Shown: in pieces, positions 27,972-36,279 of the stretch
Layout of the letters: every line of letters begins with the position of its first letter
How positions within the stretch are numbered: position 1 is the first letter of the stretch
Assembly (NCBI GenBank): GCA_018304245.1
Contig: JAGVWO010000005.1
Location: 1-60,557, forward strand
Direction of reading: 5' to 3'
DNA length: 60,557 nucleotides
DNA from: Candidatus Pacearchaeota archaeon
Lineage (GTDB): Archaea; Nanobdellota; Nanobdellia; Pacearchaeales; UBA284
The notes under the pieces: generated by a model
The model's input: only the letters and a program-made list of their open reading frames with translations
The model's database searches: none
What the model was told of the DNA's origin: nothing
Translations under genes and position numbers: made by a program

Positions 27972-28340
27972 TTAATTCTCTACTTCTTGTTGCACTTCTG
28001 GAAGTTTATACTTAATTTCAACCCTTATACTCAAATGATTTAAACATCTCCTTGTTTGTCCCCTACCCATACTTTCGTATCCACCACAAGAAATTATCTT
28101 TTCTTTAGATGTTTCTTTTTTATGATACATTTCAGAAATAAAATCCCCTAATTTTACACCATATCCTTTGTCTTTACAAAGAGGATTACTACAAGAAATT
28201 CCCCATGTTTTTTTATTTAAGGAAAGCTTATTTCTTTGCGCAATATCTCCTTCTGTTCCTTCAATTTTAATTTCTTCTATCTCGGGGAATGCTTCTTCAA
28301 AACTTACCGGATTTCCTCTAAAAAAATATCCTTTTGTCAT
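27972..28340 (-). CDS. hypothetical protein
   Basis: 122-aa ORF downstream of the HNH gene on the same strand. Scattered Cys residues (CSNPLC...SCGG...C). No family recognised. Confidence 0.4.
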   Translation of the reverse strand: MTKGYFFRGNPVSFEEAFPEIEEIKIEGTEGDIAQRNKLSLNKKTWGISCSNPLCKDKGYGVKLGDFISEMYHKKETSKEKIISCGGYESMGRGQTRRCLNHLSIRVEIKYKLPEVQQEVEN

Positions 28341-28393
28341 ATCTTAATTAACAGAAAATTCCTTTTATATTTTACTCTATTTAAACTAGATTT

Positions 28394-29032
28394 TTATTTT
28401 TGTTTAAACCGATTTTTTCTACCATAATTTTCTGTTTTTTTATGACATTCATTACAAAGAGTTATTCCATTTTCTACTGAAAATCTTAAATCGGGGTAAT
28501 CTGAAAATGATTTTATATGGTGTGCTTCTAATTTTCTACCTCTTTGTTTACAAATATAACAAGTCCAGTTATCTCTTTTAAAAACAGCAGTTCTCCAATT
28601 TTTAAAAGGTAATGAGGTTCTTATTTTTGCATTTATTGGTGTAATTCCCCCTTTCCATAAATGTGATTTTTCTCCTGCCATAAATCCAATTAAATTTTTA
28701 TTCCAGGCTTTTCTTCCAATCATCTTTCTTTTTGTTTCTTCTGAAAGTTTTTTTCCTTTTCTTGCCCTACTAATTTTTAATTTTGTTTCAGCATACATTT
28801 TTTTGCCTTTCCAGTAATTTATTGGATTTTTTTTACGAGATTCACTCATTTTTATTAATTCTTCTTTAGAAAATCCGTGTCCCTTTTGAAATTGTCCTCC
28901 CTTTAGATATTTTGCTTTACAGCTAACTGAGCAAAATTTTAATTTATTTTTTCTTTGTGATATATATGCTAAAAAATCCTTATTGCAATTATCACAATTA
29001 AATTTTGTTTTTGACATATCCAAACAAATCAA
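28394..29032 (-). CDS. free-standing HNH endonuclease with NUMOD3-like DNA-binding repeats (homing-endonuclease type)
   Basis: C-terminal HNH core WTCYICKQRGRKLEAHHIKSF...NGITLCNECHKK. Upstream repeats of the G..[SF]SxExxxKxS type (GHGFSKEELIKMSESRKKN, GKKLSEETKRKMIGRKAWN). N-terminal CDNC...CSVSC. Confidence 0.8.
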   Translation of the reverse strand: MICLDMSKTKFNCDNCNKDFLAYISQRKNKLKFCSVSCKAKYLKGGQFQKGHGFSKEELIKMSESRKKNPINYWKGKKMYAETKLKISRARKGKKLSEETKRKMIGRKAWNKNLIGFMAGEKSHLWKGGITPINAKIRTSLPFKNWRTAVFKRDNWTCYICKQRGRKLEAHHIKSFSDYPDLRFSVENGITLCNECHKKTENYGRKNRFKQK

Positions 29033-29147
29033 TTCAAAAATTTAAACTTTCCTCTAAAGAAAATTTCATTTAAGAAACATAATGAAATAAAAGAAATAAA
29101 AAAAAGAAAAAAAGAAAAAGAAAAAAATTAGAAAATTAAATAAAAAA

Positions 29148-30434
29148 TTAAATTTTCTTTGCTACTAGGTCGATACAGACACCTGCTGCGACTGTTGAAC
29201 CTGCATCTCTGATTGCGAATCTTGCCATGTGTGGATTTACACTCTGCTTCTCGATTACAAGTGGTTTTACTGGCCTCATCTTAACAATAGCAACATCTCC
29301 GTTCTTTAGGAACTCTGGATGTTCTTGTGTTACTTGCCCAGTTTTTGGATCTATCTTCTTTACAAGTTCAGTAAATTGTACTGGTACTTGTGCAGTGTGG
29401 ATGTGCATAACTGGTGTATACCCTTGTGCGATAACAGTTGGATGATTAATAACAGCGATTTGTGCTGTGATTTCTTCAGCCATACTTGGCGGACTGTCAA
29501 CATGTGCAATAACGTCTCCTCTTGCGATATCTGTTTTATTGATTCCTCTCAAATTAAGTCCAACATTATCTCCAGCTAATCCTTCTTTCAAAGCTTCGTG
29601 GTGCATTTCTACAGTTTTAATTTCACCGATGACGCCTTTTCCAGTTTTTGCTGGCAAAATGATGATCTTATCTCCAGGTTTCATGATACCGGTTTCGATC
29701 TTTCCTACTGGTACTGTTCCAACTCCAGTGATTGTATAAACATCCTGGATAGGCATTCTCATAGGTAGGTCTGTTGGTTTCTTTGGTTCTTCGAATAAAT
29801 CGAATTGTTCCAAAAGAGTTGGTCCATTATACCATTTAAGTTTGTCAGTTCTCTTTGTGATATTCTCACCTTCGATAGCGCTTGCTGGAATAAAGTTGAT
29901 AGTTTCAACCTTGTAACCTGCAGTTTTCAAAAGAACAGACAATTCTTCTTTTACCTTTGTGTATTTTGCTTGGTCATAGTTAACTACGTCTATTTTGTTA
30001 ACTAAAACAGCTATTTGCGAAACGCCCATTGTTCTACATAACCATACGTGTTCTTTTGTCTGTGCCATTACTCCTTCTGCAGCTGATACAGTCAAAATTG
30101 CAGCGTCTGCTTGTGATGTCCCTGTAATCATGTTCTTAATAAAGTCCTTGTGACCAGGTGCATCAATAATTGTTACGTTGAACTTCTTTGTTGGAAGTTT
30201 CTTGTAAGATAGATCAATGGTGACTCCACGTTCTCTTTCTTCCTTCAAGTGGTCCATAGCGAAAGCGAATTCGAAACCCTTCTTACCCAGCTTTTCAGCT
30301 AAGTCTTTCATCTTTGCTAATTCTTGTTCTGTAAACTTTCCAGTTTCATACAAAAGTCTTCCAATTGAAGTACTCTTTCCGTGGTCAACGTGTCCAATAA
30401 AGACAATGTTAAAGTTTGGTTTTTCTCCTGCCAT
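29148..30434 (-). CDS. tuf: translation elongation factor EF-1 alpha
   Basis: G1 GHVDHGKST, G3 DAPGHKDF, G4 NKID. Full-length 428 aa. Confidence 0.97.
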   Translation of the reverse strand: MAGEKPNFNIVFIGHVDHGKSTSIGRLLYETGKFTEQELAKMKDLAEKLGKKGFEFAFAMDHLKEERERGVTIDLSYKKLPTKKFNVTIIDAPGHKDFIKNMITGTSQADAAILTVSAAEGVMAQTKEHVWLCRTMGVSQIAVLVNKIDVVNYDQAKYTKVKEELSVLLKTAGYKVETINFIPASAIEGENITKRTDKLKWYNGPTLLEQFDLFEEPKKPTDLPMRMPIQDVYTITGVGTVPVGKIETGIMKPGDKIIILPAKTGKGVIGEIKTVEMHHEALKEGLAGDNVGLNLRGINKTDIARGDVIAHVDSPPSMAEEITAQIAVINHPTVIAQGYTPVMHIHTAQVPVQFTELVKKIDPKTGQVTQEHPEFLKNGDVAIVKMRPVKPLVIEKQSVNPHMARFAIRDAGSTVAAGVCIDLVAKKI

Positions 30435-30522
30435 TTTTATCTATAGATAAATTTATATCTAGAAGAAAAATCCAGGGAATATTTATAAACCTTTCGTACC
30501 GGTTTTTGATTATTTAATAAGA

Positions 30523-31281
30523 TTATTTTTTAATTGCTGTTACATACCAATCCCACATTTTGGGCATGCCATAAAAGTCTTCAAAATCCCCACACCCCTT
30601 ACCCCAAGGATATAACACTTTTTTGAACTTAATTTTTTTAAATGATGCTTTTTTCAGTCTGTTTCTAAGTTCAAATTGATAATAATTTTTTTGTTTTTCA
30701 CCATTATCATCAAATACCCCCATAATAAAATTATATTTTTTTCTTTCAGAGATTTTTTTTGTATCTTTTAATGCTCGTTTTTCATTTTTAACCTTAGAAT
30801 ATTCCCTTTCATAGACAAGCATAAAATTGTATAATATAGATTCCATTGCCGGAAAAATCCCTATAAAAATACCTCCTTCTTTCAATGAACCAGATATTTG
30901 TTCAAAAGATTTTTCTACTTGCTCAAAAGAAGGACCCAATATAGAATTTACAGAAATAATCATATTCAATTTTAAATCCAAATCAACAAGTTTTCTTAAA
31001 TCAGCTTCTTTAAATATAATGTTGTTAACTAAGGAATTCCTTTGTTTTGCTATTTTTAACATTTTTTTAGAAAAATCTATAGCATAAACTTTTTTGAAAT
31101 TTTGTGATAAAAAAGGTAAAAGATCCCCAATACCTGTACCAACATCTGCTACAATTAATTTTTTCCTGTTGGCTATTTTTAAAATATCTGAAAAAAGAGG
31201 ATTTATTACTTTTTTTTGAAGAGGACTTATAATTTCCTTATGATAATTTTTCGCATATTTATCCCATTGTTTTCTTTCCAT
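30523..31281 (-). CDS. class I SAM-dependent methyltransferase
   Basis: Motif I VADVGTGIGD, motif II VYAIDFS, post-I acidic residue. Substrate unknown. Confidence 0.75.
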   Translation of the reverse strand: MERKQWDKYAKNYHKEIISPLQKKVINPLFSDILKIANRKKLIVADVGTGIGDLLPFLSQNFKKVYAIDFSKKMLKIAKQRNSLVNNIIFKEADLRKLVDLDLKLNMIISVNSILGPSFEQVEKSFEQISGSLKEGGIFIGIFPAMESILYNFMLVYEREYSKVKNEKRALKDTKKISERKKYNFIMGVFDDNGEKQKNYYQFELRNRLKKASFKKIKFKKVLYPWGKGCGDFEDFYGMPKMWDWYVTAIKK

Positions 31282-31443
31282 TTTTAATTAAGAAAATATT
31301 TTATTCACTACAATTGATTAAAATTAATCAAATTATTTTTATTTTTTTGGCTTATGAGATAAATCTACATAGCCTAAATATCTCATTTTCACCATCTAAT
31401 ATTAATATTTTATTTAAGAAAATTATATTTATAAGTATTGTTA

Positions 31444-31779
31444 TTATTTTTCATTAATTGAACAGCCAATATATGTATGAAATATTCCTCTATCTCTTAT
31501 CCTGTTTTCATCAGGCCCATATCCATCTATTTTACAAAAATATTCCACAAACAATTTATGGGTTAAAAATTTCCTTGATAACTCGCAATAATCTCCATGA
31601 TTGCAATATTTTTGCTTGCATTTTCCTAAACCAGTCATTTTAAGAAACATCATCCTAATAAATTCAGGATAATAAGTAATTGTTTCAAAGGTAAAAGAAG
31701 ATAAATCCCTTGTCAATGAATCTTTTAAAAATTTTGTTAATTTAGATTCTTTTTTTTGTTTATCTATTTGAATTTCCAT
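31444..31779 (-). CDS. hypothetical Cys/His-rich small protein
   Basis: 111-aa ORF with CKQKYCNHGDYC...H...C...H..GC. Confidence 0.4.
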   Translation of the reverse strand: MEIQIDKQKKESKLTKFLKDSLTRDLSSFTFETITYYPEFIRMMFLKMTGLGKCKQKYCNHGDYCELSRKFLTHKLFVEYFCKIDGYGPDENRIRDRGIFHTYIGCSINEK

Positions 31780-31791
31780 TTTACTTTCAGT

Positions 31792-32349
31792 TTATTTGCA
31801 TGCGAGAATTGCTGCTTCCTTGCATGTTTCTTCTAATCCAGAAAAGATCTTTATGTTTGGGTCATCTTTTGTTAAGGTATTCGCCAAAGATCTTTCTCCA
31901 AAAAATCCCGGTTCAATTCCTACTGCAATTTTTATTTTTTTATCTTGTCTTTGTAAAATAGAATATCTACCAATCTGTGTTGTTGCGCTATGTGCATAAA
32001 TTTTGAATTGTGGTGAGAATGAAATTGGCTTAGTTTGTTTTGCAAACCAGAAAAGAATACATCCTTTTTTTTGTGCCCTTTCCCTATGATAATTTTCCCA
32101 TTCGTTTTGCTCTTCTCCATTTTTTGCACCAAGGGGCTTTATTCCCTCTATAAATTCCTTATCTAACCTCCCACTTGGGCATGCAATATATACATCAGGA
32201 CTGTAAAAACGAATTCTTTTAATTGCTTCTTCATGCCAATTTGGTGCACCAGTAATTGGACCAAAAAGATAAATCAGAGAAGCGTTTATTTTTTCACTTT
32301 CTAATTTACTAAAATAATTTGGTGGTACAATTAATCCCTGTATAGCCAT
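31792..32349 (-). CDS. hypothetical protein, possibly nucleoside 2-deoxyribosyltransferase-like Rossmann fold
   Basis: 185 aa. The N-terminal LIYLFGPITGAPNW resembles the first strand-loop of NDT-like proteins. Weak, unverified. Confidence 0.3.
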   Translation of the reverse strand: MAIQGLIVPPNYFSKLESEKINASLIYLFGPITGAPNWHEEAIKRIRFYSPDVYIACPSGRLDKEFIEGIKPLGAKNGEEQNEWENYHRERAQKKGCILFWFAKQTKPISFSPQFKIYAHSATTQIGRYSILQRQDKKIKIAVGIEPGFFGERSLANTLTKDDPNIKIFSGLEETCKEAAILACK

Positions 32350-32410
32350 CTTTCTTTCTATTAAACCACTTTTAAAAATCTTTGGAATTGGATTTAAAAA
32401 ATAAAGAATA

Positions 32411-32578
32411 CGGGCTTATGAGGCACTTAGGAAATTTTTAATTTCCTGTGCACCGAAAACGCTCAAAAATCTTTAGATTTTTGGCGCACAAAAATTTATT
32501 AAATTTTTAGTGTTTCTCGAATCGAACCTCGATCTGGCGGTCCGAAGCCGCCTGTTCTATCCGTTAAACTATAAGCCC
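32411..32578 (-). tRNA. candidate tRNA-Arg (anticodon UCG) interrupted by a ~96-nt insertion between the T-loop and the 3' T-stem strand
   Basis: The minus strand reads GGGCTTA-TA-GTTT-AACGGATA-GAAC-A-GGCGG-CTTCGGA-CCGCC-AGAT-CGAGG-TTCGATT from 32578 to 32520. The matching CCTCA-TAAGCCC-G lies at 32423-32411. The acceptor stem is 7/7 paired. A TATA-like box lies 21-31 nt upstream. There is one T-stem mismatch (C49:A65). Confidence 0.55.
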
Positions 32579-32598
32579 GTAAAAATCATTGGAAAACT

Positions 32599-32609
32599 TA
32601 TTTAAAATA
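32599..32609 (-). promoter_or_regulatory. TATA-like box for the tRNA-Arg candidate
   Basis: Plus-strand TATTTAAAATA (TATTTTAAATA on the transcribed minus strand), 21-31 nt upstream of the predicted 5' end. Confidence 0.35.
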
Positions 32610-32642
32610 GTTTTTCATTGCATATTAGAGTATAAAATCAAA

Positions 32643-33764
32643 ATGAAAGGAGGTGTATTGCTTGCAGGAATAGCCACCCTTGCAGGAACAATGATTGGAG
32701 CAGGAATTCTAGGAATGCCCTATGCTATTTCTAAATCTGGATTTTTGGTTGGATTGTTATTCATATTATTTCTTGGATTGATTAATCTAAACATGCACCT
32801 TTATTTAGGGGAGGTTTCATTAAGAACAAAAGGAGATCATCAACTTACAGGGTATGCTGAAAAATACCTTGGAAAAACTGGAAAATATATTATGCTTTTT
32901 TCTGTGATCTTTGGGATATATTCTGCATTAATTGCATATCTCATTGCAGAAGGCCAAAGCCTTAGTTTTATTTTGTTTGAAAATCTTAATGCTAGTTTTT
33001 ACTTAACCCTTTTATTTTTTATCTTTGCTTGTTTATTTGTATTTTTGGGATTGGATGCAGTAAAAAAAGAAGTTAGTATTGGTGTAATTTCCTTAATTGT
33101 TATTGTAGTTATAATTGCCTTGTTCTTTATTCCAAAAATTGATTCAATTAATCTCAGCTACATGGGGGATAATTTTAGTGATTTAGTTTTCCCTTATGGT
33201 GTTGTTTTTTTTGCAATGCTGGGATATTCTGCCTTGCCTGAACTTAAACAAGAATTAAAGAAAAATGAAAAATTGATGAAAAAATGTATTATTTGGGGAA
33301 CACTTATCCCAATTATTCTCTACATTTTATTTACATTTGTTATCCTTGGTTTTATGGGAAAATCCACTCCAGAGATAGCAACATTCTCGTTAGGAAAATT
33401 ACCCACACTCTTAGGGGTTGTTGGAATGTTAAATGCATTCATAATTTTAAGTACTGCATTAAAAGACACATACCATCTCGATTTAAAGCTCAACAAAATC
33501 CTATCTTTTGCTTTGGCTTGTTTTATTCCATTGATTATTTTCTTGATTGTTTATTTTTTTAATTTTGGTTCATTTGTTACATTTTTAGAATTGAGTGGAG
33601 GTATTTCAGGAGGCATCACTGGAATTCTTGCTTTACTCATGTTGTACAAAGCAAAAAAAGAAGGTGATAGAAAACCAGAATATTCTATGCCATTACCAAT
33701 TTGGATTATGGTTTTCTTAACAATATTATTTATGTTAGGGATAATTTACGTTCTTGTTTTTTAA
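32643..33764 (+). CDS. amino acid permease (Trp/Tyr-permease / Aa_trans-like, ~11 TM)
   Basis: Start moved to the internal Met (MKGGVLLAGIATLAGTMIGAGILGMPYAISKSG, the typical N-terminal motif). Hydrophobic throughout. Confidence 0.7.
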   Translation: MKGGVLLAGIATLAGTMIGAGILGMPYAISKSGFLVGLLFILFLGLINLNMHLYLGEVSLRTKGDHQLTGYAEKYLGKTGKYIMLFSVIFGIYSALIAYLIAEGQSLSFILFENLNASFYLTLLFFIFACLFVFLGLDAVKKEVSIGVISLIVIVVIIALFFIPKIDSINLSYMGDNFSDLVFPYGVVFFAMLGYSALPELKQELKKNEKLMKKCIIWGTLIPIILYILFTFVILGFMGKSTPEIATFSLGKLPTLLGVVGMLNAFIILSTALKDTYHLDLKLNKILSFALACFIPLIIFLIVYFFNFGSFVTFLELSGGISGGITGILALLMLYKAKKEGDRKPEYSMPLPIWIMVFLTILFMLGIIYVLVF

Positions 33765-33779
33765 TTTTTATCTAAATTT

Positions 33780-34631
33780 CTACCTAGTTAATTTTAGTTC
33801 TAAAACCCAATGATTATTCCCCGGTGAAAAACTTTTAACAAAATGTTTAGAATATGAAAATCTGAATTTTTCTTTTTCTGCATCTTTTTTTAAGTGTAAA
33901 AGAAGTTTATCTAAATCTTTCTTTTCTTTTTCCGGATATTTTGAAAGAAGACAATGAAATAAAATGCGTGTGTTTAATTTTGCAAGTTTTAATGCATATT
34001 TGAAAAAACTAATCGGGGTTGGGATGTAACCCATACTGATTATATCTGCCTTAATTCCTTTTTTTGCGAGAATTATTAATTCTTTTTTTGAATCCCCATG
34101 GGTTGCAACAAGATTTTTATCTACCTTATTTAATTTAGAATTTTTAACAAGATATCTGTAAGAGTCTTTAGCTAATTCAATTGCATAAACTTTTGCTCCT
34201 TGTTTTGCAAAAGGAATTGAAAAATAACCAATTCCTGCAAACATGTCTACAATTATTTCATTTTTTAAAATATTTTTAGAAAGTCGGTGTCTCTCAAATA
34301 AATTTCCTTGAGAAAACATTGCTTTTTTTACATCAATTTGATACAAACACCTTCCCTCATGATGGATTGTTTCTGTTTCTTTTCCAAGAATAATCCTTAC
34401 TCTTGGCTTTCTTAATTTTCCAATAATTTTCCCTTCACGAATGCAAATCGTTTTTACAGATGGAAATAGTTTCTTGATAGCAAGTGCAATTTGCTTTTCT
34501 TTTCGCTTTACTTTATTATCTAAATTAATGATGATTATATCTCCAATTCTCTGATAACCTGCTGGGAGAAATTCTTTTTCTTTGTCGCTAAATTTTAATT
34601 CTTTATTGAGAAGTTCTCTGAATTTGCTCAT
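33780..34631 (-). CDS. Trm5/Taw2 (Met-10+) family tRNA methyltransferase / aminocarboxypropyl-transferase
   Basis: FSQGNLFERHRL, SAM motif VDMFAGIGYFSIPFAK, VYAIELAKDS, MGYIPT. Confidence 0.8.
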   Translation of the reverse strand: MSKFRELLNKELKFSDKEKEFLPAGYQRIGDIIIINLDNKVKRKEKQIALAIKKLFPSVKTICIREGKIIGKLRKPRVRIILGKETETIHHEGRCLYQIDVKKAMFSQGNLFERHRLSKNILKNEIIVDMFAGIGYFSIPFAKQGAKVYAIELAKDSYRYLVKNSKLNKVDKNLVATHGDSKKELIILAKKGIKADIISMGYIPTPISFFKYALKLAKLNTRILFHCLLSKYPEKEKKDLDKLLLHLKKDAEKEKFRFSYSKHFVKSFSPGNNHWVLELKLTR

Positions 34632-34646
34632 CTTATTTTATGTTAC

Positions 34647-35247
34647 TCACCAAGAAATCTTTGTTTGATTTGTGATATTATATTTTGAAGAAAGCCCGCC
34701 ATTTATTTCTATGACATACCTAGCAGGGCCTGTGGAAGAATAAAATTCGCAATCAAGGGATTTGCAAGGTTGCGCATTTTTAATTATATTCACGATCTTA
34801 AAATCTTTATCAAGAAAAATCATATCTAATGGGATAATTGTGTTTTTCATCCAAAATTCCCTTTTTCTTTCACTATCAAAAATAAAAAGCATTCCCTGAT
34901 CTTCTGGAAGATTTGTTCTATTCATTAGACCAATTGCTTGTTTCCAAATAGTATCTGCGACTTCTGCTTTTATCTCTAAAATCTGTTTATCGCCATTATA
35001 AAATCTAATTGGGAGTAAATTGGTATCTGTCGAGGTTTTATTTATACATTAATGTCCAACTAGATGAAATAATATTTTGATTAAAAAGTTGATATGGTGC
35101 AACCATTGTTTCTAGGGGGTTGCATGGAGTCCTTATGCATTGAATTTGATTTAATGCTGGTATTGTTGGTAAAAAGAAAAATACGAATATTAAAATCAAA
35201 GTTAATATCCCCCTTTGCCATGTTGGTTTCAATGAATAATCCATCAC
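34647..35247 (-). pseudogene. DUF192-family gene apparently split by a frameshift (TM leader ORF plus DUF192 domain ORF)
   Basis: The DUF192 core (AIGLMNRTNLPEDQGMLFIF...IPLDMIFLD...VIEINGG) stays open upstream of its first ATG as far as 35048 with no start codon. A 69-aa ORF with an N-terminal TM segment ends at 35038 in another frame. The two frames overlap in the A-rich run 35041-35048. Confidence 0.5.
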
Positions 35248-35294
35248 ATAAAAAGAAAAGTTAGTTATTTAAAGCTTATCCCGTTGATATTAAA

Positions 35295-36260
35295 ATGATA
35301 AAATTTCCTAAGTTAAATGGTAAATGTATCTTAGCGCCAATGGCAGGAATTACCGATCCAGCATTTAGAGAATTGTGCAAAAAATACGGTGCAGCCCTTA
35401 CATATACTGAAATGGTTTCTGCAAATGCACTCGCAAGAAGTGGTAAAGCTGCAAAAATTCTTATTAAAAAAGCAGAAAATGAAAAAAATATCGGGTTACA
35501 ATTATTTGGACAAAATACTGAAAATTTTGTGAGATCAATAAAAGATCACCAAGATCTCTTTAATGTAATTGATATTAATTTTGGATGTCCTGCAAAAGCC
35601 ATTGTTAAACAGGGTGCGGGCTCTGCATTATTAATAAGAAAAAATAAAATCAAGGAAATAATTGAAGAATGTGTTAAGGTTTCAAATGTCCCAATAACTG
35701 CAAAGATTAGATTGGGTCCGGATGAAAATAAACTTAATTTTCTTGAAATAGGAAAAACAATAGAAGAAGCAGGAGCATCGGCGATAACATTACATGCAAG
35801 AACAGTAAAACAAGCATATGGTGGAAAATCTGATTGGAATGCAATTAAACAATTAAAACAAGAATTAAAAATTCCTGTTATTGGAAATGGAGATATTAAC
35901 AATCCTGAAGATGCAAAAAAAATGCTAGAAGAAACCGGGTGCGATTATATTATGATTGGGCGAGCTACAAGGGGAAATCCGAGAATTTTTCAAGAAATAA
36001 AAGATTATTTTAAAACAGGAAAATATTATATTTCAACGCCAGAACAAAGGATAGAACAATTATTAGAATATCTCAAATTAGCTGAAGAAAACAATGTTGG
36101 TTTTGGAACAATTAAAGCAAATTCAATTTATTTTACCAAAGGTTTATTGGGTGGTACAAAACTAAGATTAAAATTAAACCATGTTAGAACAATTCAAGAA
36201 ATCGCGAAATTATTTATCTCATTTCGAGATGCCGAAAATGCGCAGCATTTTCAAGCATAA
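35295..36260 (+). CDS. dus: tRNA-dihydrouridine synthase
   Basis: LAPMAGITDPAFR, INFGCPA, ITLHARTVKQ, GNGDI motifs. Confidence 0.9.
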   Translation: MIKFPKLNGKCILAPMAGITDPAFRELCKKYGAALTYTEMVSANALARSGKAAKILIKKAENEKNIGLQLFGQNTENFVRSIKDHQDLFNVIDINFGCPAKAIVKQGAGSALLIRKNKIKEIIEECVKVSNVPITAKIRLGPDENKLNFLEIGKTIEEAGASAITLHARTVKQAYGGKSDWNAIKQLKQELKIPVIGNGDINNPEDAKKMLEETGCDYIMIGRATRGNPRIFQEIKDYFKTGKYYISTPEQRIEQLLEYLKLAEENNVGFGTIKANSIYFTKGLLGGTKLRLKLNHVRTIQEIAKLFISFRDAENAQHFQA

Positions 36261-36279
36261 AAGATATATTTGAAAAAAA

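Noticed and set aside
29033-29147. A-rich spacer with reiterated AAAGAAA motifs between tuf and the HNH gene.
   Set aside because: This is homopolymer-like low complexity with no defined repeat unit or spacers. It is not a CRISPR array or a structured element.
31349-31358. A 10-nt match (GGCTTATGAG) to the end of the tRNA-Arg candidate (32413-32422). It could mark att-like direct repeats bracketing the two orphan genes at 31444-32349.
   Set aside because: Only 10 nt match, no integrase is present, and a chance match in 60 kb cannot be excluded. It is kept only as a note for whole-genome comparison.
32424-32519. Possibility that the tRNA insertion encodes a C/D-box guide RNA, as in some archaeal tRNA-Trp introns.
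   Set aside because: The 96 nt contain no TGATGA or CTGA boxes, only AT-rich hairpins.
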